This document shows, piece after piece, positions 9,836 to 22,264 of a DNA stretch of 64,000 nt. The position numbers and the translations under genes were made by a program. The stretch's first letter is position 1. Each line of letters starts with the position of its first letter. Origin of the DNA: Eledone cirrhosa (lineage: Eukaryota); NCBI GenBank assembly GCA_964016885.1, contig OZ024740.1:39432001-39496000 (forward strand), read 5' to 3'. The notes beneath the pieces are model-generated. The model did not search any database. It was given only the letters and a program-made list of their open reading frames with translations, and had not been told where the DNA came from.

Positions 9836-9997
9836 AAAAGCTTTTAATCTAGAAACTGTTATAACTATATTTCGACCACAATGCATTACCGGTACTCGAC
9901 TTTACTGAGAATAATATAGAATAATATACTTCAAAATGTCTAGGGATGGAGCAAAAGCTACAATTTGTTTTGATATTTTTCAAGCACATCTATAATA

Positions 9998-10200
9998 ACT
10001 GTTTCTACTTTTGGCACAAGGCCAGCAACTATCCCAGTGTATTACTGGTACTTTATTTTATCGACCCCGTAAGGATGAAAGGCAAAGTTAACCTTTGACC
10101 TCAGACCATAAAGTTAACCTTTGAACTCAGACCATAAAGGGCCGTAACTCTTTGCTACAAAGCATGGCCTCCGACCCTCTACCGATACTGCCAATCCACA
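9998..10200 (-). mobile_element. SINE in reverse orientation
   Basis: TTTCTACT..GGCACAAGGCC..ACTGGTACTTTATTTTATCGACCCCGTAAGGATGAAAGGCAAAGT is the reverse complement of the SINE core; there is a small internal tandem duplication. Confidence 0.7.
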
Positions 10201-10311
10201 ATGTTTTAATAATAATATATTGACAATACAACTATATTGACATAGTATTTGCCACAGTGGCAACAACATAGACAAACGTTACAACAGATCAATAAAATGC
10301 AGTACATTTTA

Positions 10312-10367
10312 GTGTGTGTGTATGTCCGTGTGTGTGTGTGTGTGTGTGCGTGGGGGGGGTATGTGTG

Positions 10368-10411
<44 letters not shown>
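10312..10411. repeat. (GT)n microsatellite
   Basis: Directly visible. Confidence 0.95.
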
Positions 10412-10412
<1 letters not shown>

Positions 10413-10429
10413 ATGTTGAGCTGTGTAGG

Positions 10430-10645
10430 ACCTCCGTCGGATCCGACGACGAGTGTTCCAGTTGTTCAAACAACGGAACAGACTGCTCGTGAAATGAACG
10501 TGCAAGCGGGTAAATAGTCCCCAGACACGTGTACCCTTAATATAGTCCTCAGGAAGATTCAGCGTAGCACAGTGTGTGACATTTCTGCCAGCTGAATGAA
10601 CTGGAGCTGCGTAAAGTAAAAATGTATTTCCCAATGACACGACAT
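10430..10645 (-). mobile_element. Second octopus-type SINE family
   Basis: Homologous to 7890-8070; ends GCCAGCTGAATGAACTGGAGC..AAATGTATTTCCCAATGACAC. Confidence 0.7.
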
Positions 10646-10857
10646 ACTTCTGGTAACTGAACAGAAAATTGTGAGTGGAAAACCCTAACCACTAAGACAC
10701 GGGTATATTACAGTAAAAGGAATAATTGTATGATAAAACTATGAAAAGATTATAGGGGTGAGTTGAAATAACGATTCCGTCCTTCACCAGGGTATGTGGA
10801 TGAGGAGGTATGTAATTAATTGAATTCTCCTCAATATATGACTTGTGCATATTTTAT

Positions 10858-11059
10858 TTAACCCTTATACTCTATATTTACTATTGTTTTCTCACAGTAA
10901 AGACTTTATCTTACATAATTATCTCATATAATATCGAATTTACAAGATTTTGATGTTATTTATCTTGAGAACAATACTTTAATGTGTGAGTGGCCCGTTA
11001 CAGCCGGTTTGAACAGAAAGAGTTGAGAGTTTTGGCCAGTTTAAATGCTAAATGGTTAA
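10858..11059. mobile_element. Possible piggyBac-type MITE remnant (TTAA-flanked)
   Basis: TTAA-CCCTT... at 10858 and ...GCTAAATGG-TTAA at 11059; the termini are only partly complementary. Confidence 0.3.
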
Positions 11060-11384
11060 AGTTTTACAATTTCCTACCTTAGCCTACAAAAAACTTTATA
11101 TAAGACGAACTCTTGCTGTTGTTTAACCTTCAAGTCAACCCACCGCCTAAAAGAAAAAAGTCTTACAATTAATGATGTTCTAACTTCGATCATACCATCT
11201 CTTTAAAACAGTGTATTTAAGACTACATTATCGAATGTCTCCTTTTTTTAAGACTATGTGGTGTGATTTAAGCAGTATTTAGCTGTTAATCCAATCAATT
11301 TGGACACTCACATAAATATTCCTCTCTAAACTTATCGGCGATTATTTCACTTTATCTCCACTTTAACAATAACGACTAACTTAC

Positions 11385-11540
11385 CTCCCAAGAGCCAATA
11401 AAATCAGCTTCCTCTTCAAACTGTTCAACAGGGAAGATATTTATTACTAATCTATAATTTTCTACTTGTTGACTTCGTCTATAGAAACATAATTCTATGT
11501 CTGTTGTATGTATTGTAGTCACTGTCCTCTCAAGTAGATG
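11385..11540 (-). CDS. Candidate internal exon of an unidentified minus-strand gene
   Basis: 156-nt open frame HLLERTVTTIHTTDIELCFYRRSQQVENYRLVINIFPVEQFEEEADFIGSWE with a CAG acceptor and a strong GAG|GTAAGT donor. An alternative TTTCTGCAG acceptor lies 20 nt upstream. Confidence 0.35.
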
Positions 11541-11579
11541 CTGTTATAATTCAACAACAGCTGCAGAAACATCACAAAC

Positions 11580-13590
11580 AGTTGGTCACTAAATATGGGA
11601 TACAACTTGGTCATTGGTCAATCCATATGTGATACAATGTAGTAACTGGTCTGACACAGCTGGTCACTAAATATGTGATATAAGGTGGTCACTGGTCACT
11701 AGATATCTGATACAACTGGTCACTGGTCACTAAATATGTGATACAACTGGTCACTGGTCACTAGATATCTGATACAACTGGTCACTGGTCACTAAATATG
11801 TGATACAACTGGTCACTGGTCACTAGATATCTGATACAACTGGTCACTGGTCACTAAATATCTGATACAACTGGTCACTGGTCACTAAATATCTGATACA
11901 ACTAGTCACTGGTCACTAAATATGTGATACAACTGGTCACTGGTCACTAGATATCTGATACAACTAGTCACTGGTCACTAGATATCTGATACAACTGGTC
12001 ACTGGTCATTAGATATCTGATACAACTGGTCACTGGTCACTAAATATCTGATACAACTGGTCACTGGTCACTAGATATCTGATACAACTGGTCACTGGTC
12101 ACTAAATATCTGATACAACTGGTCACTGGTCACTAAATATCTGATACAACTGGTCACTGGTCACTAAATATCTGATACAACTGGTCACTGGTCACTAGAT
12201 ATGTGATACAACTGGTCACTGGTCAATAGATATCTGATACAACTAGTCACTGGTCACTAGATATCTAATACAACTGGTCACTGGTCATTAGATATCTGAT
12301 ACAACTGGTCACTGGTCACTAAATATCTGATACAACTGGTCACTGGTCACTAGATATCTGATACAACTAGTCACTGGTCACTAAATATCTGATACAACTA
12401 GTCACTGGTCACTAAATATCTGATACAACTGGTCACTGGTCACTAAATATGTGATACAACTGGTCACTGGTCACTAGATATCTGATACAACTAGTCACTG
12501 GTCACTAAATATCTGATACAACTGGTCACTGGTCACTAGATATGTGATACAACTGGTCACTGGTCACTAGATATCTGATACAACTGGTCACTGGTCACTA
12601 AATATCTGATACAACTGGTCACTGGTCACTAAATATCTGATACAACTGATCACTGGTCACTAAATATCTGATACAACTGGTCACTGGTCACTAGATATGT
12701 GATACAACTAGTCACTGGTCACTAGATATCTGATACAACTGGTCACTGGTCACTAAATATCTGATACAACTAGTCACTGGTCACTAGATATGTGATACAA
12801 CTGGTCACTGGTCACTGGTCACTAAATATCTGATACAACTGGTTACTGGTCACTAGATATCTGATACAACTAGTCACTGGTCACTAAATATCTGATACAA
12901 ATAGTCACTGGTCACTAGATATCTGATACAACTGGTCACTGGTCACTAGATATCTGATACAACTGGTCACTGGTCACTAAATATCTGATACAACTGGTCA
13001 CTGGTCACTAAATATCTGATACAACTGATCACTGGTCACTAAATATCTGATACAACTGGTCACTGGTCACTAGATATGTGATACAACTAGTCACTGGTCA
13101 CTAGATATCTGATACAACTGGTCACTGGTCACTAAATATCTGATACAACTGGTCACTGGTCACTAGATATGTGATACAACTAGTCACTGGTCACTAAATA
13201 TCTGATACAACTGGTCACTGGTCACTAAATATCTGATACAACTGGTCACTGGTCACTAAATATCTGATACAACTGATCACTGGTCACTAAATTTTTGATA
13301 CAACTCGTCACTGGTCACTACATATGTGATACAACTAGTCACCGGTCACTAGATATCTGATACAACTGGTCACTGGTCACTAAATATCTGATACAACTGG
13401 TCACTGGTCACTAAATATCTGATACAACTGGTCACTGGTCACTAAATATCTGATACAACTGATCACTGGTCACTAAATATCTGATACAACTGGTCACTGG
13501 TCACTAGATATGTGATACAACTAGTCACGGGTCACTAGATATCTGATGCAACTGGTCACTGGTCACTAAATATCTGATACAACTGGTCAC
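11580..13590 (+). repeat. 31-bp satellite TACAACTGGTCACTGGTCACTAGATATCTGA, block 1
   Basis: Period 31 (TACAAC at 11711 and 11742); degenerate left edge; abrupt right junction. Confidence 0.97.
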
Positions 13591-14670
13591 CTCTTTAATA
13601 TACCACACTAATTGCGCCTCTTTAATATACCACACTAATTGCACCTCTTTAATATACCACACTAACTACACCTCTTTAATATACCACACTAATTGCACCT
13701 CTTTAATGTACCACACCAATTACACCTCTTTAATATACCACACTAATTACACTTCTCTAATAAACCTGACTAACTATACGTCTCTAATTAACCACACTAA
13801 CTACACCTCTTTAATATACCACACTAAGTACACCTCTTTAATATACCACACTAATTACACCTCTTTAATATACCACACTAATTGCACGTCTTTAATGTAC
13901 CACCCTAATTACATCTCTTTAATGTACCACACAAATTGGACCTCTTTAATATACCACACTAATTACACCTCTTTAATATACCCCACTCATTGCACCTTTT
14001 TAATGTACCACACTAATTACACCTCTTTAATATACCACACTAATTGCACCTCTTTAATATACCACACTAACAACACCTTTTAATATACCACACTAACTAC
14101 ACCTCTTTAATATACCACACTAATTACACCTCTTTAATATACCACACTAATTACACCTCTTTAATGGACTACACTATTATGACCCCTTTAATGTACCACA
14201 CTAATTACACCTCTTTAATATACCACACTAATTACACCTCTTTAATATACCACACTAATTGCACCTCTTTAATATACCACACTAATTACACCTCTTCAAT
14301 ATACCACACTAATGGCACCTCTTTAATATACCACACTAATTGCACCTCTTTAATATACCACACTAATTACACCTCTTTAATATACCACACTAACTACACC
14401 TCTTTAATATACCACACTAATTACACCTCTTTAATATACCACACTAATTACACCTCTTTAATGTACCACACTAATTACACCTCTTTAATATACCACCCTA
14501 ATTACACCTCTTTAATGTACCACACTAATTACACCTCTTTAATATACCTCACTAATTGCACCTCTTTAATGTACCACACTAACTACATCTCTCTAATAAA
14601 TCTGACTAATACATCTCTCTAATAAACCTGACTAATTACATCTCTCTAATAAACCTGACTAATTACACCT
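13588..14670 (-). repeat. 27-bp satellite (inverted copy of the proximal end of the large array)
   Basis: CACCTCTTTAATATACCACACTAATTA units. Confidence 0.97.
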
Positions 14671-14684
14671 TTGATAAACCTTAC

Positions 14685-14864
14685 CACCTAACAGAAAGCC
14701 GAGAACACAGAAAGGAAGGAAAAGAATAATTACTGTAGCTATGACGACCGTCGCTATGACAACTGTTGTAACCAAGGAAACACCATTTAGTGAAGATAAG
14801 AAATCTTGATGTCTATTATATATTTTGATTTGTGATAATATGATGTTTAATGAATGGTAATAAC
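14685..14864 (-). CDS. Candidate transmembrane exon (inverted duplicate of 25937-26116)
   Basis: Mirror copy in the left arm. Confidence 0.35.
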
Positions 14865-14869
14865 CTGAT

Positions 14870-15213
14870 GATCAATAACCAATAATAACATGTTAATCAA
14901 TAATCAATCAAAACGTGATAATTAATAATAGATCAAAACATGATAATTAATAATAGATCATAACATGATAATGAATAAACGATCATAGTACGATAATCAA
15001 TAATCGATCATAACACGATGATCAATAATCAATCATAACATGCTAATCAACCATTGATCATAATATGATAACCAATTGATCATAATACGATAACCAATTG
15101 ATCATAATACGATAATCAATAACCAATCATAATACGATAATCAATAATCGATCAAAACACGATAACCACCAATTGATTACAATACGATAATCTATAATCG
15201 ATCATAAAATGAT
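14870..15213. repeat. Degenerate, about 26-bp AT-rich minisatellite (AATCGATCATAATACGATAATCAAT-like)
   Basis: Repeated GATCATAA..YGATAA cores; mirrored at 25588-25931. Confidence 0.85.
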
Positions 15214-15214
15214 A

Positions 15215-15500
15215 GGTTTACGTTGTAGTCATCTTTGTGGTCGTACCCTTGGCAGTGGAGACTTCTCGTGTCCTTGGCCCTAGGGCTACCTCTCTACTTA
15301 CCACCATAGGTGCTGAGCTGGTTAGCCGCAGGTGTGAGCCTCGCAAGCTGGAATGGCTCTTCCAGCGCATTTCCCTTACCATCCTCCGGGGTATCGCCTT
15401 GTCCATTTTGTCCGCCGGGGTTGTGAGGAGGCCAGCGCGAAGGACCTCATTTGCTCACCATACAGAGAGATGGGGAGGGCAAGAGAGATGGAGGCGATGA
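15215..15500 (+). mobile_element. CRE-clade non-LTR retrotransposon 3' remnant (end of the restriction-like endonuclease)
   Basis: VVPLAVETSRVLGPRATSLLTTIGAELVSRRCEPRKLEWLFQRISLTILRGIALSIL matches the CRE/MoTeR-type C-terminal pattern FxPxAVETxGxxG...G..L.....PR...LFQR.S..I.RGNA..IL. Confidence 0.75.
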
Positions 15501-16255
15501 CAGTGGGAGTTCAGCTCTTCCACGTTCGGACCATATTCTTGTGGTTGTGTTTATCATCTATATAGAAAATTATTTATTTCCCAAGATGTATTACACTATA
15601 ACAGGGAATAGTATTTTCCTCTAATAAACAATTTTCAGGCAAACCTTTAATACAAGTAGCATTAAAAAGCTAATTAGAAATAAATATACAATAAACAAGA
15701 CCCTCACCTATTATTAATGAACGAGTAATATTATTTTCCACGTTTTCTAGTAAATATAACAGACAACTCGGGACAGCTATTTCGGTCTTATTCTGAACTC
15801 TTCAATGAAGTATGACCTCTCGTCTTTGTGAAAGTAGTGACGAATATATAAGTAAATACAACAGTATATTTGTTGACAGGAAATAGAGATTAAAACTACA
15901 GAGATACCAGTATTTATTAAAACAACCACCTAATATATAAACAAAGCCACACACAGCCACCCTCTACATTATCATTAGACAAACTAGAAATACAAGCTAA
16001 ATCCCGACAAAATCCCATCCTACCATATCTAAATAAAGAAGGATAGATTATAAAATGGGTTCCCTTATATATAAAACTACAGGGTAATCACAGCTTGAAC
16101 ACTTTTGATCTACTCCAGGCTGCAGCTGGAAAATAACAAACACAAAATATATACTTCTCTGAGGAGATCCAATGAGATGGAAATATATCCGGAGTTGTCA
16201 CAATACTGCTAAATATCAGATGCAATCCCCACTGCATTTCATATGACATTAATTC

Positions 16256-17909
16256 CAATCTGGTTTGATCCCCAAGCAAGACCAGCCGAGCTCATGGATG
16301 TTATCCAACTATCTTGCTCCGGGTCTAGCCAGGGTCTCCTGCTGGTTGGTTTTACCCGTAAAATCTGTCCAGTGATTCTTTCCTGAGACATTCTAACCAC
16401 ATACCCATAGTATCGGGGATGCGATTTCTAGAAATAGTGACTTCATCTGGAGTGAATCTCTGATCTCCGAGCTACGCACTCTATGAGTAATGTTACCCCA
16501 AAGATCCTTCAGATGAACCCTATTTTAGACGCTTGTATTCTTTCGGTCATTACCCATATGGAGACAGTTGCTGCTGACAGTACCCGCTGGAAGGTCTGCT
16601 TGAGGACACTGCTCCCACGACCCTAGGTCTGCTTGAGGACACTGCTCCCACAATCCTAGGTCTGCTTGAGGACACTGCTCCCACAATCATAGGTCTGCTT
16701 GAGGACACTGCTCCCACGATCCTAGGTCTGCTTGAGGACACTGCTCCCACAATCATAGGTCTGCTTGAGGACACTGTTCCCACGATCCTAGGTCTGCTTG
16801 AGGACACTGCTCCCACGATCCTAGGTCTGCTTGAGGACACTGCTCCCACGATCCTAGGTCTGCTTGAGGACACTGCTCCCACGATCCTAGGTCTGCTTGA
16901 GGACACTGCTCCCACGACCCTAGGTCTGCTTGAGGACACTGCTCCCACGACCCTAGGTCTGCTTGAGGACACTGCTCCCACGACCCTAGGTCTGCTTGAG
17001 GACACTGCTCCCACGATCCTAGGTCTGCTTGAGGACACTGCTCCCACAATCATAGGTCTGCTTGAGGACACTGCTCCCACAATCATAGGTCTGCTTGAGG
17101 ACACTGCTCCCACGATCCTAGGTCTGCTTGAGGACACTGCTCCCACGATCCTAGGTCTGCTTGAGGACACTGCTCCCACAATCATAGGTCTGCTTGAGGA
17201 CACTGCTCCCACGATCCTAGGTCTGCTTGAGGACACTGCTCCCACGATCCTAGGTCTGCTTGAGGACACTGCTCCCACAATCATAGGTCTGCTTGAGGAC
17301 ACTGCTCCCACAATCATAGGTCTGCTTGAGGACACTGCTCCCACGATCCTAGGTCTGCTTGAGGACACTGCTCCCACGATCCTAGGTCTGCTTGAGGACA
17401 CTGCTCCCACGATCCTAGGTCTGCTTGAGGACACTGCTCCCACGATCCTAGGTCTGCTTGAGGACACTGCTCCCACGATCCTAGGTCTGCTTGAGGACAC
17501 TGCTCCCACGATCCTAGGTCTGCTTGAGGACACTGCTCCCACGATCCTAGGTCTGCTTGAGGACACTGCTCCCACGATCATAGGTCTGCTTGAGGACACT
17601 GCTCCCACGATCCTAGGTCTGCTTGAGGACACTGCTCCCACGACCCTAGGTCTGCTTGAGGACACTGCTCCCACGACCCTAGGTCTGCTTGAGGACACTG
17701 CTCCCACGATCCTAGGTCTGCTTGAGGACACTGCTCCCACGATCCTAGGTCTGCTTGAGGACACTGCTCCCACGATCCTAGGTCTGCTTGAGGACACTGC
17801 TCCCACGACCCTAGGTCTGCTTGAGGACACTGCTCCCACAATCATAGGTCTGCTTGAGGACACTGCTCCCACGACCCTCGCAGGAATACGTGGAAGAAAA
17901 AGAGAAAGA
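16256..17909. mobile_element. RTE LINE insertion with VNTR (inverted duplicate of 22265-24545)
   Basis: Mirror copy. Confidence 0.75.
16592..17878 (-). repeat. 33-bp VNTR, about 39 units
   Basis: AGGTCTGCTTGAGGACACTGCTCCCACGATCCT units. Confidence 0.97.
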
Positions 17910-17949
17910 ATTAATTCTAACCATAACATATTTAGTGACCGGCTGTATC

Positions 17950-19087
17950 TGACCAATGACCAGTTGTATCAGATATCTAGTGACCAGTGACCAGTTGTAT
18001 CAGATATCTAGTGACCAGTGACCAGTTGTATCACATATCTAGTGACCAGTAACCAGTTGTATCAGATATCTAGTGACCAGTGACCAGTTGTATCAGATAT
18101 CTAGTGACCAGTGACCAGTTGTATCAGATATCTAGTGACCAGTGACCAGTTGTATCAGATATCTAGTGACCAGTGACCAGTTGTATCAGATATCTAGTGA
18201 CCAGTGACTAGTTGTATCAGATATCTAGTGACCAGTGACCAGTTGTATCAGATATTTAGTGACCAGTGACCAGTTGTATCAGATATCTAGTGACCAGTGA
18301 CTAGTTGTATCAGATATCTAGTGACCAGTGACCAGTTGTATCAGATATATAGTGACCAGTGACCAGTTGTATCACATATCTAGTGACCAGTGACCAGTTG
18401 TATCAGATATCTAGTGACCAATGACCAGTTGTATCAGATATCTAGTGACCAGTGACCAGTTGTATCAGATATCTAGTGACCAGTGACCAGTTGTATCAGA
18501 TATCTAGTGACCAGTGACCAGTTGTATCAGATATCTAGTGACCAGTGACCAGTTGTATCAGATATTTAGTGACCAGTGACCAGTTGTATCAGATATCTAG
18601 TGATCAGTGACTAGTTGTATCAGATATCTAGTGACCAGTGACCAGTTGTATCACATATCTAGTGACCAGTGACTAGTTGTATCAGATATCTAGTGACCAG
18701 TGACCAGTTGTATCAGATATCTAGTGACCAGTGACTAGTTGTATCACATATCTAGTGACCAGTAACCAGTTGTATCAGATATCTAGTGACCAGTGACTAG
18801 TTGTATCAGATATATAGTGACCAGTGACCAGTTGTATCAGATATTTAGTGACCAGTGACCAGTTGTATCAGATATATAGTGACCAGTGAGCAGTTGTATC
18901 ACATATCTAGTGACCAGTGACTAGTTGTATCAGATATCTAGTGACCAGTGACCAGTTGTATCACATATCTAGTGACCAATGACCAGTTGTATCAGATATT
19001 TAGTGACCAGTGACTAGTTGTATCAGATATCTAGTGACCAGTGACCAGTTGTATCAGATATCTAGTGACCAGTGACTAGTTGTATCA
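17950..19087 (-). repeat. 31-bp satellite, inverted block
   Basis: GTGACCAGTGACCAGTTGTATCAGATATCTA units; orientation flips at about 19087. Confidence 0.97.
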
Positions 19088-22000
19088 CTGGTCACTAGAT
19101 ATCTGATAACCTAGTCACTGGTCACTAGATATCTGATACAACTGGTCACTGGTCACTAGATATCTGATACAACTGGTCACTGGTCACTAAATATCTGATA
19201 CGACTGGTCACTGGTCACTAGATATCTGATACAACTGGTCACTGGTCACTAGATATGTGATACAACTAGTCACTGGTCACTAAATATCTGATACAACTAG
19301 TCACTGGTCACTAAATATCTGATACAACTGATCACAGGTCACTAAATATCTGATACAACTGGTCACTGGTCACTAGATATGTGATACAACTAGTCACTGG
19401 TCACTAAATATCTGATACAACTAGTCACTGGTCACTAGATATCTGATACAACTGGTCACTGGTCACTAGATATCTGATACAACTGGTCACTGGTCACTAG
19501 ATATATGATACAACTGGTCACTGGTCACTAAATATCTGATACAACTGGTCACTGGTCACTAGATATGTGATACAACTAGTCACTGGTCACTAAATATCTG
19601 ATACAACTAGTCACTGGTCACTAAATATCTGATACAACTGGTCACTGGTCACTAGATATCTGATACAACTGGTCACTGGTCACTAGATATCTGATACAAC
19701 TGGTCACTGGTCACTAGATATATGATACAACTGGTCACTGGTTACTAGATATATGATACAACTGGTCACTGGTCACTAGATATCTGATACAACTGGTCAC
19801 TGGTCACTAGATATATGATACAACTAGTCACTGGTCACTAAATATCTGATACAACTAGTCACTGGTCACTAGATATGTGATACAACTGGTCACTGGTCAC
19901 TAGATATCTGATACAACTGGTCACTGGTCACTAGATATCTGATACAACTGGTTACTTGTGAAAAAATATCTGATACAACTGGTCACTGGTCACTAATTAT
20001 CTGATACAACTAGTCACTGGTCACTAGATATGTGATACAACTGGTCACTGGTCACGAGATATCTGATACAACTGGTCACTGGTCACTAGATATCTGATAC
20101 AACTGGTTACTTGTGAAAAAATATCTGATACAACTAGTCACTGGTCACTAAATATCTGATACAACTGGTCACTGGTCACTAGATATGTGATACAACTAGT
20201 CACTGGTCACTAGATATGTGATACAACTGGTCAGTGGTCACTAAATATCTGATACAACTGGTCACTGGTCACTAGATATCTGATACAACTGGTCACTGGT
20301 CACTAAATATCTGATGCAACTAGTCACTGGTCACTAGATATCTGATACAACTGGTCACTGGTCACTAAATATGTGATACAACTAGTCACTGGTCACTAGA
20401 TATCTGATACAACTGGTCACTGGTCACTAATTATCTGATACAACTGGTTACTGGTCACTAAATATCTGATACAACTAGTCACTGGTCACTAAATATCTGA
20501 TACAACTGGTCACTGGTCACTAAATATCTGATACAACTAGTCACTGGTCACTAGATATCTGATACAACTGGTCACTGGTCACTAATTATCTGATACAACT
20601 GGTTACTGGTCACTAAATATCTGATACAACTAGTCACTGGTCACTAGATATCTGATACAACTGGTCACTGGTCACTAAATATGTGATACAACTGGTCACT
20701 GGTCACTAAATATCTGATACAACTGGTCACTGGTCACTAAATATCTGATACAACTGGTCACTGGTCACTAGATATCTGATACAACTGGTCACTGGTCACT
20801 AAATATCTGATACAACTAGTCACTGGTCTCTAAATATCTGATACAACTAGTCACTGGTCACTAAATATCTGATACAACTGGTTACTGGTCACTAGATATG
20901 TGATATAACTAGTCACTGGTCACTAAATATCTGATACAACTGGTCACTGTTCACTAGATATCTGATACAACTGGTCACTGGTCACTAGATATGTGATACA
21001 ACTAGTCACTGGTCACTAGATATCTGATACAACTGGTCACTGGTCACTAAATATGTGATACAACTAGTCACTGGTCACTAGATATCTGATACAACTGGTC
21101 ACTGGTCACTAGATATCTGATACAACTAGTCACTGGTCACTAGATATCTGATACAACTGGTCACTGGTCACTAGATATCTGATACAACTAGTCACTGGTC
21201 ACTAAATATCTGATACAACTGGTCATTGGTCACTAGATATGTGATACAACTGGTCACTGGTCACTAGATATCTGATACAACTAGTCACTGGTCACTAGAT
21301 ATGTGATACAACTGCTCACTGGTCACTATATATCTGATACAACTGGTCACTGGTCACTAAATATCTGATACAACTGGTCACTGGTCACTAGATATCTGAT
21401 ACAACTAGTCACTGGTCACTAGATATCTGATACAACTGGTTACTGGTCACTAGATATGTGATACAACTAGTCACTGGTCACTAGATATCTGATACAACTG
21501 GTCACTGGTCACTAGATATCTGATACAACTAGTCACTGGTCACTAGATATGTGATACAACTGGTCACTGGTCACTAGATATCTGATACAACTAGTCACTG
21601 GTCACTAGATATCTGATACAACTGGTCACTGGTCACTAAATATCTGATACAACTGGTCACTGGTCACTAGATATCTGATACAACTGGTCACTGGTCACTA
21701 GATATCTGATACAACTGGTCACTGGTCACTAGATATCTGATACAACTGGTCATTGGTCACTAGATATCTGATACAACTGGTCACTGGTCACTAGATATGT
21801 GATACAACTGGTCACTGGTCACTATATATCTGATACAACTGGTCACTGGTCACTAGATATCTGATACAACTAGTCACTGGTCACTAGATATCTGATACAA
21901 CTGGTCACTGGTCACTAAATATCTGATACAACTGGTCACTGGTCACTAGATATCTGATACAACTAGTCACTGGTCACTAGATATCTGATACAACTGGTCA

Positions 22001-22248
22001 CTGGTCACTAGATATCTGATACAACTGGTCACTGGTCACTAGATATCTGATACAACTGGTCACTGGTCACTAGATATCTGATACAACTGGTCACTGGTCA
22101 CTAGATATCTGATACAACTGGTTACTGGTCACTAGATATGTGATACAACTGGTCACTGGTCACTAGATATCTGATACAACTGGTCACTGGTCACTAGATA
22201 TCTGATACAACTGGTCATTGGTCAGATACAGCCGGTCACTAAATATGT
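19088..22248 (+). repeat. 31-bp satellite, block 2
   Basis: Same orientation as block 1; degenerate natural right edge at about 22215-22248. Confidence 0.97.
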
Positions 22249-22264
22249 TATGGTTAGAATTAAT

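Larger units (their letters stand above)
13588..19087 (-). repeat. Left arm of a large inverted duplication (copy of 21118-27348)
   Basis: Identical ORFs are mirrored (15237..15500 vs 25301..25564; 16088..16279 vs 24522..24713; coordinate sum 40801). Diagnostic satellite variants are also mirrored. Confidence 0.97.
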
